A DNA stretch of 33,188 nucleotides from an uncultured virus (IMG/VR IMGVR_UViG_3300014159_000004) (IMGVR_UViG_3300014159_000004); one strand, 5' to 3'. Numbered from the stretch's first letter, positions 1-8,161 are shown. Program-made: numbers and translations. Notes: generated from the sequence alone by a model not told the origin.

Positions 1-2
1 CG

Positions 3-161
3 CGCGCGGTGAAGAACTTCGCGCAGGCGTGGAACGCCGCGAGCGCCGACTCACAGATCGACACCAGCGGCAAGTACACGCAGGAGACCGCGGCGGCGCT
101 CAACGCGGCTTTGAGCGCGCTCGCGCCTGGATCAGGGTCGGCGCCGGCGGCCGTGCTCTAG
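3..161 (+). CDS. C-terminal fragment of a protein, possibly a peptidoglycan-binding (PG_binding_1-like) domain
   Basis: Open frame from window edge: VKNFAQAWN...IDTSGKYTQETAAAL...stop 159-161; loosely resembles the AVKAFQ..VDG.YG..T..AL pattern. Confidence 0.4.
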   Translation, partial: RAVKNFAQAWNAASADSQIDTSGKYTQETAAALNAALSALAPGSGSAPAAVL

Positions 162-182
162 CCCAGGGATCAGAACCCCAAA

Positions 183-1235
183 ATGTCCAATCCGCGCGAG
201 ACGTGCCCGACCGGATCCGCCGGCCAAACCGGCCCGACCGGCCCGACCGGCGCGACCGGTCCGACCGGCGCGCCCGGTCCGACCGGCGCGCCCGGCTCGG
301 CCAGCAACACCGGCGCGACCGGACCGACCGGGTTCACGGGGCCGACGGGCGTCCCGGGCTCCGCGACGAACACGGGTGCGACTGGGGCGACCGGCTTCAC
401 GGGGCCGACGGGTGCGACCGGAGCTCCGGGCTCGGCGACCAACACGGGCGCGACGGGGCCGACCGGCTCCACGGGGCCGACGGGTGCTCCGGGCACCGCC
501 TCGAACACGGGAGCGACGGGGCCGACCGGGGTCGCCGGACCGACGGGGGCGACCGGCGCGACGGGGGCGACCGGCGCGCCTTCGAACGTCACCGGGCCCA
601 CCGGTTCGGGGAACACCGGACCGACGGGGCCCGCCGGTCCTCAGGGGACCGGAATGACCGGGCCGACCGGGCCGACCGGGCCGGTCGGGGGGCCGACGGG
701 ACCGACCGGGGCGGCCGCGACCGGGTCTACGGGACCGACCGGCGCGACAGGGCCGAGCGTAGCGACGTCCATCTCGGGGACGGGGACCAACGAGTTCACC
801 GGCGTCGGCACGCTCGTCGACATCACGTCCACCGAGACCGTGCTGGCGTCTGGAGACACGTACGCGGTCAAGGGGTTCACCGGCGAGATCCAGACGCCCA
901 GCGACGCGTTCGTGACCATCGCGTCGTTCACCCCTCCCACCAACTCCGCGGGCGACTGGTCTGTCACGCTCCTCGGCCTCGACGTCACGGGAGCGCCGCC
1001 GGTGCCCGGCAACTTCTACCGAGCCGACGTCACGTTCTCCCACGTGCGCGCCGCTGGCGCGCCGACGCTCTACCCGGCGACGCCCGCCGCGACCAACGTC
1101 GTGTCGAACGGGACGGGCTCGACGTACGCGGTCCAGGTCGTCCTGTCGGGCAACATCATCGAGATCCAGGTCGCCGGCAACGCCGCCACGGACGTGGACT
1201 GGAGCGTCATCGGTCAGCTCCAAGCGGTGACCTGA
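183..1235 (+). CDS. Collagen-like (Gly-X-Y) protein, probable tail fibre or virion decoration
   Basis: About 180 aa of GPT/GAT triplets with recurring G(A/V)PG(S/T)A(S/T)NT units, then a beta-rich C-terminal domain. Confidence 0.85.
   Translation: MSNPRETCPTGSAGQTGPTGPTGATGPTGAPGPTGAPGSASNTGATGPTGFTGPTGVPGSATNTGATGATGFTGPTGATGAPGSATNTGATGPTGSTGPTGAPGTASNTGATGPTGVAGPTGATGATGATGAPSNVTGPTGSGNTGPTGPAGPQGTGMTGPTGPTGPVGGPTGPTGAAATGSTGPTGATGPSVATSISGTGTNEFTGVGTLVDITSTETVLASGDTYAVKGFTGEIQTPSDAFVTIASFTPPTNSAGDWSVTLLGLDVTGAPPVPGNFYRADVTFSHVRAAGAPTLYPATPAATNVVSNGTGSTYAVQVVLSGNIIEIQVAGNAATDVDWSVIGQLQAVT
213..757 (+). repeat. Collagen-coding tandem repeats
   Basis: Imperfect 9-nt ggNccgacN/ggNgcgacN units plus four copies of a longer unit. 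Confidence 0.85.
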
Positions 1236-1236
1236 C

Positions 1237-2064
1237 GTGCAGGTCGTCCATCCGGACCGGAGAATATGGACGCCGAGGCGAGCTAGCCCGTCGGCGGATG
1301 GGTTGTTGGCGGCTCCGCCGCCGCTCGGTCTGGGACTCAAGCAGCGGGTGAGCAAGGGGGCTTGGTACGACGCCCTGCTCAGCATCCCCGACTGCGTGCT
1401 CCTCATCGATGCCAGCACGAGCAGCAGCGTCACGCTCAGCGGTTCGCACGTGTCTGCGCTGGCCGATCTTTCGGGTCAAGGAAACAACTTCACCCAGGCT
1501 ACTGGGGCAATGCAGCCACCGTACAACTTGACCGGCATCAACGGTCTGCCGTCCGTGGACACGCGCGCAGCCGTGAGCCAGAAAATCATGGACTGCGTCA
1601 ACCCAGGCACGTCGATATTGACTGGATCTGGGGCCACGTCCGTGATCGTCTTTGACCCGGTCGCCGCCGCATCCCAAGCGGGGATCGGGGCATTCTCAGA
1701 GCACTGGGGTAATACCGGTGTAGCTCAGGACCTATTTCCTTATACGGACGGAAATTTCTACGACACATGGTTCACGACCGTGCGAAAGGCGATCTCTGGG
1801 ATCGTGCTGGGCAGCGCGTTCGCGTACGCCACCACCTCAGAGACTGGAAACTTCACGGCCTACCAAAACAACGTCCAAGTTTTCACTACGTCAAGCAACA
1901 GCACGGGATCGGACGGCAGCAACCCGAGCATGTTCGGCGATTCACTCGCGCAGGACGACTGGTGGATGGGTCTATTCAGTCTCCGGGCTGCGTGGAATCG
2001 CGTCTTGACGTCGATTGAGTTGGGTCAAGTGCAGGCGGCCCTGTCCTCAAGGTTCGGTGTGTGA
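1237..2064 (+). CDS. Putative virion or receptor-binding protein, LamG/concanavalin-like
   Basis: V..LADLSGQGNNFTQAT...P.Y...GINGLP N-terminal motif and WNRVLTSIELGQVQAAL..RFG C-terminus; lower GC than neighbours. Confidence 0.65.
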   Translation: MQVVHPDRRIWTPRRASPSADGLLAAPPPLGLGLKQRVSKGAWYDALLSIPDCVLLIDASTSSSVTLSGSHVSALADLSGQGNNFTQATGAMQPPYNLTGINGLPSVDTRAAVSQKIMDCVNPGTSILTGSGATSVIVFDPVAAASQAGIGAFSEHWGNTGVAQDLFPYTDGNFYDTWFTTVRKAISGIVLGSAFAYATTSETGNFTAYQNNVQVFTTSSNSTGSDGSNPSMFGDSLAQDDWWMGLFSLRAAWNRVLTSIELGQVQAALSSRFGV

Positions 2065-2157
2065 CGATGGATCAGAACTCTTACCAGTGCCGCGAGCCGA
2101 TCGCCGCCCGCGCGAAGGCGCCCGGGCTGGCGGCGGCCGTGCTCTGAGGGGCGGGCC

Positions 2158-4056
2158 GTGCCCGTCCACTCCCGCGGCCGCGGGTGCTACCAGTGGGGCC
2201 AGCACGGCAAGGTCTACTGCGGCCCCGGCGCCCGCCAGAAAGCCGAGCGGCAGGGGCGGGCGGCGCACGCGCGCGGGTACGGCCTGCGCGAACCGTCGAG
2301 CGACTGGGAGGACGCGCTCGTCCGCGGCGACGCGCGCTACGTCCCCGCTGGTGTCGCACCGCAGATGCCGGGCGTCGTCGCGCGAGCGCGCGCGGCCGGC
2401 GCGCGCCCACCGCTCGAGTACGTGGGCGCCGGGATGACCGGCGTCGTCCTCTGCGCCGGCGACGTCGCGTACAAGGTCGCCCGGGACACGCGCCCGATCG
2501 ACCACCAGTTCTTCGAGGAGGAGGCCGATTGGCTCGCGGCGGCCTCGCAGGTCCCCGCGGTCGCGCCGCACGTCGCGCACCTGCACGACTTCGACCCCGA
2601 GAGCCTCGTCATCGTCCGCGACTGCGTACGCGCCGACCCGGAGCAATCCGCGTGGCGGTACGGCGAGGGCAAGCTCCACGACCTGCACCGACAGATCGAA
2701 CGGGACATGATCCCGTACGGCTGGACCGCGCCAGAGTTCAAGCCGGACAGCTATGTGCTGACGACCCGCGGGCCCGTGCTCGTCGATGCGTCGATGCCGT
2801 CCCGGGTCGGCAATGAGCTCGCGCAATACGTCGAGGCGGTCGTCGCCGACGAGCGGCCGCTCTGGACGACTCGGCCCGAGGACCTGGCGTTCGCGGTCCG
2901 GATGGAGGCTGGACGAACGCTCACGCAGGAGGAGTCGGACCGGCTCGAGGCGATGATCGCGCGTCGGTGGTCTGCGCGTGCCGGTGAGGTGAGGGAGCGG
3001 CGCTTGCGTGAAGTGCGTGAGCCGAATCTGTCGTACTTGCTCGGGCCCATGGGAACGATCCGGGCCATCGGTCACGAGGACGGTCCCGAACCGCCGACGA
3101 ACGGGATCGCACGATACCGATCCGAGCACGGTAGCTACCGGTACGTCTACTACGTCCGCGGCGAACCGGTGAGCGCCATCCAGGTGATGGCGCGCGACAA
3201 GAAACACGGTCGCGTCGCGAACGTGTGGACGGCTCCGCACGCGCGTCGAAACGGATACGCGACCAAGCTTATCCAGCAAGCCAGGAAAGATTTCAAGACT
3301 GTCGAGCACTCCGACGCCCTGTCAGCGGACGCAGTTGCGTGGATTGATCGAGTCGGAGAGGCGCGAACCGTTCTCGCCGAGAACAGCGACTGGATACTCG
3401 TGGCGCCGCTCGCGCAAGCGCAGATCTTGGGCGGTGCCTACCTTGCGAGTTCCGACGGCCGATTTGTCATCTTCGCTCGCCGGTATCGCGTCGGCGACAA
3501 GGGTCGCCGCGAGTACCGAATCGAATTTCAGACCGTCGAGTATCTGGGCGGTGACTCTAGGAGAGGTGGCGAAAACCGAACCCTCTATGAGGGGCAGAAT
3601 CTAGCCGTTCTCCAGGGTCGGGCCCGAAGATCGCCTCGTACGCGGCACGCGGCAGCAAGATGCGCATTTCAACGACCGGATCGTTGGCGCTTATCGTCTC
3701 GTCTCTCGGACCCTCGCGCTCTGCGAGACGCTGGACCCGATCGGGGATCTTGGCCGAAGCGAGCATCTCGGGCGCGCCCCGCATCAGCGCGCGCACTTCG
3801 GACGGGGTCCTGGGCGAGCGAGTCACAGCAGCCCTTCCGAGGCATTGTCCTGCCAGATTGTTGCCGCACGGATGTACCCGAGAGCCACGCGCTCCGACTT
3901 GTGCCTGGTCTGCTTCATGATACTCGCCAGGGACTTCCCCTTGATCGCTGCGGTCGTCGCGAAACCAGATCGGAGCGAGTGACCCGACACGAGATCGGCG
4001 TCGAGGCCGGCACTCTTCGCCAAGCGCTTGACGATCTCCGAGGCGGTCCGATCTGA
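2158..4056 (+). CDS. Multidomain protein: small phage-type N-terminal module, protein-kinase-like domain and GNAT acetyltransferase; C-terminal ~150 aa doubtful
   Basis: YVGAGMTG loop, VAYK, EFKPDSY and LVDAS kinase-like motifs; VANVWTAPHARRNGYATKL GNAT motif A; tail overlaps the recombinase antisense. Confidence 0.6.
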   Translation: MPVHSRGRGCYQWGQHGKVYCGPGARQKAERQGRAAHARGYGLREPSSDWEDALVRGDARYVPAGVAPQMPGVVARARAAGARPPLEYVGAGMTGVVLCAGDVAYKVARDTRPIDHQFFEEEADWLAAASQVPAVAPHVAHLHDFDPESLVIVRDCVRADPEQSAWRYGEGKLHDLHRQIERDMIPYGWTAPEFKPDSYVLTTRGPVLVDASMPSRVGNELAQYVEAVVADERPLWTTRPEDLAFAVRMEAGRTLTQEESDRLEAMIARRWSARAGEVRERRLREVREPNLSYLLGPMGTIRAIGHEDGPEPPTNGIARYRSEHGSYRYVYYVRGEPVSAIQVMARDKKHGRVANVWTAPHARRNGYATKLIQQARKDFKTVEHSDALSADAVAWIDRVGEARTVLAENSDWILVAPLAQAQILGGAYLASSDGRFVIFARRYRVGDKGRREYRIEFQTVEYLGGDSRRGGENRTLYEGQNLAVLQGRARRSPRTRHAAARCAFQRPDRWRLSSRLSDPRALRDAGPDRGSWPKRASRARPASARALRTGSWASESQQPFRGIVLPDCCRTDVPESHALRLVPGLLHDTRQGLPLDRCGRRETRSERVTRHEIGVEAGTLRQALDDLRGGPI

Positions 4057-4722
4057 AATCGGGAAGATCCTCCCCTCGGCGATCCCAGCCTCGGCGAGGT
4101 ATTTCCAAAGCGCTCGGACCGGGCAGAGCGGTCCGCGCCCCATTGAAACACCGCAAACCTGCCCTTCGCCTTCTTGGTCCGTCTTCGAGCTCCGTAACGT
4201 GACCATCAAGCCGTCCGGGCTGAACACGACGTCGTCAACGACCAGGGCGACGAGCTCCGACCGACGCAGGGCGGCAGCCCAGCCGAGGAGCACGAGCGCG
4301 CGATCCCTGGCGCTGGCGTTCAAGAGCATCGCAGCGAGGTCGGTGTCCTGTAGGGGGGTAGCCTTGCGCTGCGCGGTACGCAGCTTTCGACGCAGACCTT
4401 TGAGCGTCTCGCGGATCGCGGGGTGGTCCGGCCACTCCACGGCCGCGTCCTTGTGCGCCCGACGGAGGGCGGAGACCGCCCGGTCGATGGTCGCGATCTT
4501 GTGATCCAGGCTCAGGTGGGCCAGATACGCCACGATCGTCTCTGGACGGGCCGGGAGCGTCGCGAGGCCGTGAGGAGCTGCCCATGCTTGAAAAGCCCGC
4601 CAGTCCGCCGCGTAGCCTCGGCGCGTGGCGCTGGTGCGCTTGGCCTCCGCCGCTTCGGCGGCGATGGCGAGGAGAGACGGGAGAGAGTGTGTGGAAACGA
4701 GCGCATTCGCCTTGTCCGCCAT
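3823..4722 (-). CDS. Tyrosine recombinase (Cre-like, SAM-like N-domain)
   Basis: TRRGYAADW N-domain; catalytic RDRAL..LRRSEL, SKTDQ, GHSLRSG, RHKS..GY. Confidence 0.95.
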   Translation of the reverse strand: MADKANALVSTHSLPSLLAIAAEAAEAKRTSATRRGYAADWRAFQAWAAPHGLATLPARPETIVAYLAHLSLDHKIATIDRAVSALRRAHKDAAVEWPDHPAIRETLKGLRRKLRTAQRKATPLQDTDLAAMLLNASARDRALVLLGWAAALRRSELVALVVDDVVFSPDGLMVTLRSSKTDQEGEGQVCGVSMGRGPLCPVRALWKYLAEAGIAEGRIFPISDRTASEIVKRLAKSAGLDADLVSGHSLRSGFATTAAIKGKSLASIMKQTRHKSERVALGYIRAATIWQDNASEGLL

Positions 4723-4724
4723 GC

Positions 4725-4749
4725 TTCCGATAATGGTCTGTTATCGGAA
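4725..4749. promoter_or_regulatory. lox/res-like inverted repeat, probable recombinase binding or crossover site
   Basis: TTCCGATAA-N7-TTATCGGAA just upstream of the recombinase start; extra CCGATAA half-site at 4771-4777. Confidence 0.7.
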
Positions 4750-5058
4750 AAAACGCCAGCCCATCCTTGACCGATAAAGGTTTGGCGTCAAATGGGCGAC
4801 TTGGACTCGTCTTCGACCGCGTGCGGGGTGAAGTCGCCCCATGGCGTCGCGGGTCGGCCGCTGGCGACGTCGGCGCGCACGCTCGCGAGCCCGGCGTCCA
4901 AGATCGCCTCCGTCGTCCCGGGTGACATAAAACCACAGGCCCCAACCAGCCGCCGAACCGTCGGTAGCGTGGCGGAGCGGCCGGATCGTGCACTCGCCGA
5001 GCAGGAGTTCGTCGGCCAGAACACCCGAACGGTACCGGAGCGTGCAGTCCGCCATGAC

Positions 5059-5997
5059 CTATGCGAGCCCCGCACTGACCCGCTGCCGCTGGATCCGCGT
5101 CCGGACGTCCTCCGGGTCGACCCAGCTCGCCGGCGCGCCTGCGGGGCGCCAGTAGACCGAACAGGCCACTAAACCGTCGGCGATGACGATCCACGCGCCC
5201 GCGCGCGGCAGCTCAGGTGGTTGGCCGGACTGCTGCCAGCGCAGAAAGAGGGCGCGTGCAGCCTCCGCCGGAGTGAGTCCGACCAGCATGGGGGCACCGC
5301 ACGGCAGGTAGATGTTCGCGGTCCTGCCAGAAAGGACAATGAGTCCGCTTGCTTCGGCGAGCGCGCCGTCGAGGGGGAACGTGCGGATCCGGATGTCACC
5401 GAGCGCGATGTCATGCGACACCGACTCCAGCGGCTCGATCGCCTGCTGGACGAGTCGCGCGAGTCGCAACCGTTCCGCCGACGTGTCCGGCGACCCGACC
5501 GACGGGTGCGCTGGCGAGGATCCCGGCGAGCCACCCGCTGGGTGCCACGGGGGCGCTGCTGCGGGGTGGCCCGGAGGTTGACCTGGGGACCAGCCTACGG
5601 GGTCACCCTGCGGGTAACCTGGGAACTGTCCCGCAGGTTGACCCGCGGTCGGCTCGGGAGAACCTGGCGAGATCCTGCGGACCATCCAGAGATGGCCCAC
5701 TCGCTCGACATAGCCGAGCGCCCCAAGCCTGTGCAGCAGCGCGTTGCCCGCGAGCGAGTGGCTCCCGCGCGATCTCGGGCTCCCGCTGCGGTCCAGTCGG
5801 TCCGGCCACATCTTCATCGAGAAGTCGGCCGCCGATAGAGCCCCGCTGCGGAGCACGTCGATCGCTCGACTGACTTCGGCCGGTTTCAGGTCGTACACGC
5901 CATCGCCAGGATAACGCGTGAGAACCTCAGCGCAATACTGGCGTGCTAGGTTGCTGGTCTCTCGGGGGCGCGGGAGGTTCTCGGAGAACATGGACAT
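5059..5997 (-). CDS. Hypothetical protein with possible winged-helix N-region and Pro/Gly-rich linker
   Basis: Long ORF from ATG 5997 with ~8-aa repeats (GQPAGQFPGYPQGDPVGWSPGQPPGHP). Confidence 0.55.
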   Translation of the reverse strand: MSMFSENLPRPRETSNLARQYCAEVLTRYPGDGVYDLKPAEVSRAIDVLRSGALSAADFSMKMWPDRLDRSGSPRSRGSHSLAGNALLHRLGALGYVERVGHLWMVRRISPGSPEPTAGQPAGQFPGYPQGDPVGWSPGQPPGHPAAAPPWHPAGGSPGSSPAHPSVGSPDTSAERLRLARLVQQAIEPLESVSHDIALGDIRIRTFPLDGALAEASGLIVLSGRTANIYLPCGAPMLVGLTPAEAARALFLRWQQSGQPPELPRAGAWIVIADGLVACSVYWRPAGAPASWVDPEDVRTRIQRQRVSAGLA

Positions 5998-6376
5998 CAC
6001 TGCGCCGCCGAAAGAGCTGCAGATCGCCTTCTGCACCACCTGCAAGGGCCGAACTCCCCACATCCGGGAGACGCTGCCAGTCAACCTGCATGGCAACGCG
6101 CGGGCCCGGTTCGTCCTCGTCAACTACAACAGCCCCGACCAGCTCGACGATCTGCTCCGCGAGCGGCACATGGGCGACATCGATAGCGGCCGACTGAGCG
6201 TCTACCGGTTCACCGAGCCAGGACCGTTCCGGATGGCGCACGCCAAGAACCTAGCCCATCGATTGGCGATCTCAGAGGGAGCGGACATCCTCGTGAACCT
6301 AGACGCGGACAACTTCGCTGGGCAGGCTTTCGACGCGTACGTGGCCGAGCGGCTCAGCGCACACGTTGACGATTGA
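5990..6376 (+). pseudogene. Glycosyltransferase family 2 (GT-A), N-terminal half only
   Basis: IAFCTTCKGR, FVLVNYNSPD, AHAKNLAHR and LVNLDADNF (DxD); stops ~20 aa after DxD. Confidence 0.65.
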
Positions 6377-6385
6377 CGATTCTAT

Positions 6386-6414
6386 TTGCGCGACTCCATA
6401 ACGTGAGCTAAGGG
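6386..6414 (+). promoter_or_regulatory. Candidate sigma70-type promoter for leader and tRNA operon
   Basis: TTGCGC-N17-TAAGGG, 10 nt before the leader ATG (near-leaderless). Confidence 0.4.
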
Positions 6415-6424
6415 TTCCTCTGCG

Positions 6425-6541
6425 ATGAAACGCGCCGGCTCAACAGCCACGTATACCGAGCGGTCCGAAAGGGCTGCCTGGGACACGTGCGCCGTCGTGA
6501 TCGGGCGCCCTTTCCAGAGCAATCCGGGTCACACCATGTAG
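6425..6541 (+). CDS. Putative attenuator leader peptide (38 aa) MKRAGSTATYTERSERAAWDTCAVVIGRPFQSNPGHTM
   Basis: ATG 6425 to TAG 6539-6541; 31 distinct codons; ends 30 nt before an intrinsic terminator. Confidence 0.6.
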   Translation: MKRAGSTATYTERSERAAWDTCAVVIGRPFQSNPGHTM

Positions 6542-6570
6542 GGCAGCTTCGCGAATACGCAACGTAGCGC

Positions 6571-6610
6571 GAGGCCGCCCGGAGAAGACCCGAGGCGGCT
6601 TTTTTCATTT
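6571..6610 (+). terminator. Intrinsic terminator (attenuator) directly before the first tRNA
   Basis: GAGGCCGCCCGG-AGAAGAC-CCGAGGCGGCTTT stem-loop followed by TTTTTTCATTT. Confidence 0.85.
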
Positions 6611-6611
6611 C

Positions 6612-6689
6612 GGGTCGAGCGCTGGGACGCGACGGTGTCTGTAAAACACTGGCTTTCATGCTCGCTGGGTTCGATTCCCAGGCGACCCA
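6612..6689 (+). tRNA. tRNA-Tyr(GTA)
   Basis: Anticodon arm ggtgt-CTGTAAA-acact; GGTTCGATTCC T-arm. Confidence 0.85.
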
Positions 6690-6736
6690 CGAGGAGAGGA
6701 GGACACGATGAAACGCACCGGTCCAAAAGAAAGCGA

Positions 6737-6808
6737 GGGACGTTAGCTCCAGGGCGGAGCGGCAGCCTTTTAAGCTGCGCGGGCCGGGTTCGATCCCCGG
6801 GCGTCCCA
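6737..6808 (+). tRNA. tRNA-Lys(TTT)
   Basis: gcagc-CTTTTAA-gctgc; full cloverleaf. Confidence 0.9.
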
Positions 6809-6818
6809 CGACCCACGC

Positions 6819-6889
6819 GCGCCGGTAGCTCGAAGGTCGAGCAGGTGGCTCTTAACCACTCGGCGAGAGTTCGATTCTCTCTCGGCGCA
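6819..6889 (+). tRNA. tRNA-Lys(CTT)
   Basis: ggtgg-CTCTTAA-ccact; full cloverleaf. Confidence 0.9.
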
Positions 6890-6890
6890 C

Positions 6891-6957
6891 TGGGGATTCG
6901 ATGGTCGACAGGTGGTCTCTGAAGCCGCCGACGGTGGTTCGATTCCACCATCCCCAA
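6891..6957 (+). tRNA. tRNA-Gln(CTG)
   Basis: gtggt-CTCTGAA-gccgc; short D-arm. Confidence 0.85.
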
Positions 6958-6963
6958 CCGATG

Positions 6964-6998
6964 GCCCGACGCACACGGGCTATTCGCTCCTTGACAAC
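6964..6998 (+). promoter_or_regulatory. boxB-like hairpin plus boxA-like antitermination site
   Basis: GCCCG-N7-CGGGC hairpin then GCTCCTTGACAAC, similar to rrn boxA GCTCTTTAACA. Confidence 0.5.
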
Positions 6999-7080
6999 CT
7001 GGACGCACGTGACGCGCGGGCGCGAGCTCGCGGGCGGTCTCTGCGAAGTCACGACGCGCGGGCACGTAGCCGCGCAACAT

Positions 7081-7152
7081 TGCGATGCAGCATGAAGGTC
7101 ATGCGCCCGGCTGTTAACCGGAGAGAAGCGGGTTCGACTCCTGCCTTCGCAG
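7081..7152 (+). tRNA. tRNA-Asn(GTT)
   Basis: ccgg-CTGTTAA-ccgg; GGTTCGACTCC. Confidence 0.88.
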
Positions 7153-7158
7153 CTCGAC

Positions 7159-7227
7159 GCCGTCTTGTACCTGGGGTCAACGCGCTCTCGTAAGGCGCGT
7201 GGCGGGGTTCGAATCCCCGAGGCGGCT
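7159..7227 (+). tRNA. tRNA-Thr(CGT)
   Basis: gcgct-CTCGTAA-ggcgc. Confidence 0.85.
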
Positions 7228-7232
7228 CTCAC

Positions 7233-7305
7233 GTCCCGTTCGACTTCTTGGGCAGGTCGCCGGATTCTCGATCCGGACAGAGGGGTTCGAATCCCCTACG
7301 GGACG
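7233..7305 (+). tRNA. tRNA-Glu(CTC)
   Basis: ccgga-TTCTCGA-tccgg. Confidence 0.9.
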
Positions 7306-7310
7306 CTCTT

Positions 7311-7382
7311 GGTCCGCTTTCTCCTGGTGGGGTGGTCGGATTTTCAACTCGACTTCGACGGGTTCGATCCCCGTGCGGATCA
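7311..7382 (+). tRNA. tRNA-Glu(TTC)
   Basis: tcgga-TTTTCAA-ctcga (one mismatch). Confidence 0.75.
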
Positions 7383-7393
7383 CGAAGTAGTAC

Positions 7394-7466
7394 GCCGCGA
7401 GAGCTGGTGAGGTCATAGCGCCCGGTTGAAGCCCGGGAGAACTCCGCTCGATACGGAGTCGCGGCA
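7394..7466 (+). tRNA. tRNA-Phe(GAA)
   Basis: cccgg-TTGAAGC-ccggg; atypical T-loop CTCGATA. Confidence 0.8.
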
Positions 7467-7477
7467 CGAAGTGGTAT

Positions 7478-7549
7478 CAGGGTGAGGTGTTTGTGGTAGC
7501 ACGCTCCGTTCGGGCCGGAGTGGTGCGGGTTCGACTCCCGCCGCCCTGA
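7478..7549 (+). tRNA. tRNA-Pro(CGG)
   Basis: ctccg-TTCGGGC-cggag. Confidence 0.88.
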
Positions 7550-7551
7550 CT

Positions 7552-7628
7552 GTGACCGTGGTGTAGTGGTTTCTGCACGGCTGGTTGTGGCCCAGCAGGT
7601 ACGAGTTCAATCCTCGTCGGTCACCCCA
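7552..7628 (+). tRNA. tRNA-His(GTG)
   Basis: gctgg-TTGTGGC-ccagc; C73 discriminator and encoded CCA. Confidence 0.9.
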
Positions 7629-7629
7629 C

Positions 7630-7701
7630 CTCCTCGTCCCGCCGGATGCGGGCGGCGCACTCCTAAGGCGCACGTGCCGGGTCCGACTCCCGGCGAGGAG
7701 A
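7630..7701 (+). tRNA. tRNA-Arg(CCT)
   Basis: gcgca-CTCCTAA-ggcgc; ctcctcg/cgaggag acceptor. Confidence 0.8.
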
Positions 7702-7707
7702 CGAAAT

Positions 7708-7780
7708 GCCCCGTGACGCGCCTGGTGGCGCGGTCAGCTTGTCACGCTGCGCGAGACGGATTCGATTTCCGTACGGGGCG
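7708..7780 (+). tRNA. tRNA-Asp(GTC)
   Basis: cagc-TTGTCAC-gctg; G73. Confidence 0.85.
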
Positions 7781-7788
7781 CTGCGCCT

Positions 7789-7856
7789 GGGTCCATGCAT
7801 CGGATGCAGCTCGGTCTCCAAAACCGAGGATGAGGGTTCGACTCCTTCTGGGCCCG
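7789..7856 (+). tRNA. tRNA-Trp(CCA)
   Basis: tcggt-CTCCAAA-accga; short D-arm. Confidence 0.85.
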
Positions 7857-7866
7857 CGAAGTAAAC

Positions 7867-7937
7867 GGGCTGCTCGTCCAACGCGAGGACACCGCTTTCG
7901 CACTGCGGAGATGGGGGTTGGATTCCCCCGCGGTCCA
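7867..7937 (+). tRNA. tRNA-Ala(CGC)
   Basis: ccgct-TTCGCAC-tgcgg; G3:U70 pair present. Confidence 0.8.
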
Positions 7938-7945
7938 CTGGCTTT

Positions 7946-8016
7946 GCCCATGTCCGACGGTCGGGCTCCTCCTCGGTAAGGAGGCGCTGCGGGTTCAACT
8001 CCCGACGTGGGCTCCA
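7946..8016 (+). tRNA. tRNA-Thr(GGT)
   Basis: cctcc-TCGGTAA-ggagg; encoded CCA. Confidence 0.8.
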
Positions 8017-8018
8017 AC

Positions 8019-8086
8019 GCCGATCGGTCCAGGGACCACGGCCCCTTTGTATGGGCCACAGACGCGTTCGATTCGCGTGATCGGCT
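8019..8086 (+). tRNA. tRNA-Thr(TGT)
   Basis: gcccc-TTTGTAT-gggcc; GCCGATC acceptor is Thr-like. Confidence 0.7.
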
Positions 8087-8090
8087 CCGT

Positions 8091-8161
8091 GCGGGTGTAG
8101 GTGACGGTCACCGGCGCGCCTTCCAAGCGTTGCTACCCGGGTTCGATTCCCGGCATCCGCT
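8091..8161 (+). tRNA. tRNA-Gly(TCC)
   Basis: gcgc-CTTCCAA-gcgt; GCG start and U73. Confidence 0.88.

Noticed and set aside
4741..5075. Short - strand ORFs upstream of the recombinase
   Set aside because: Competing frames with no recognisable motif; possibly a frameshifted remnant, not callable.
7001..7080. Possible extra tRNA or ncRNA with an 11-nt direct repeat GACGCGCGGGC
   Set aside because: No T-arm or anticodon arm, and no recognisable family.
8019..8086. Reading this tRNA as an 8-nt-loop frameshift suppressor or Gln(TTG)
   Set aside because: A 7-nt TGT loop with a Thr-like acceptor stem is more parsimonious, though not excluded.
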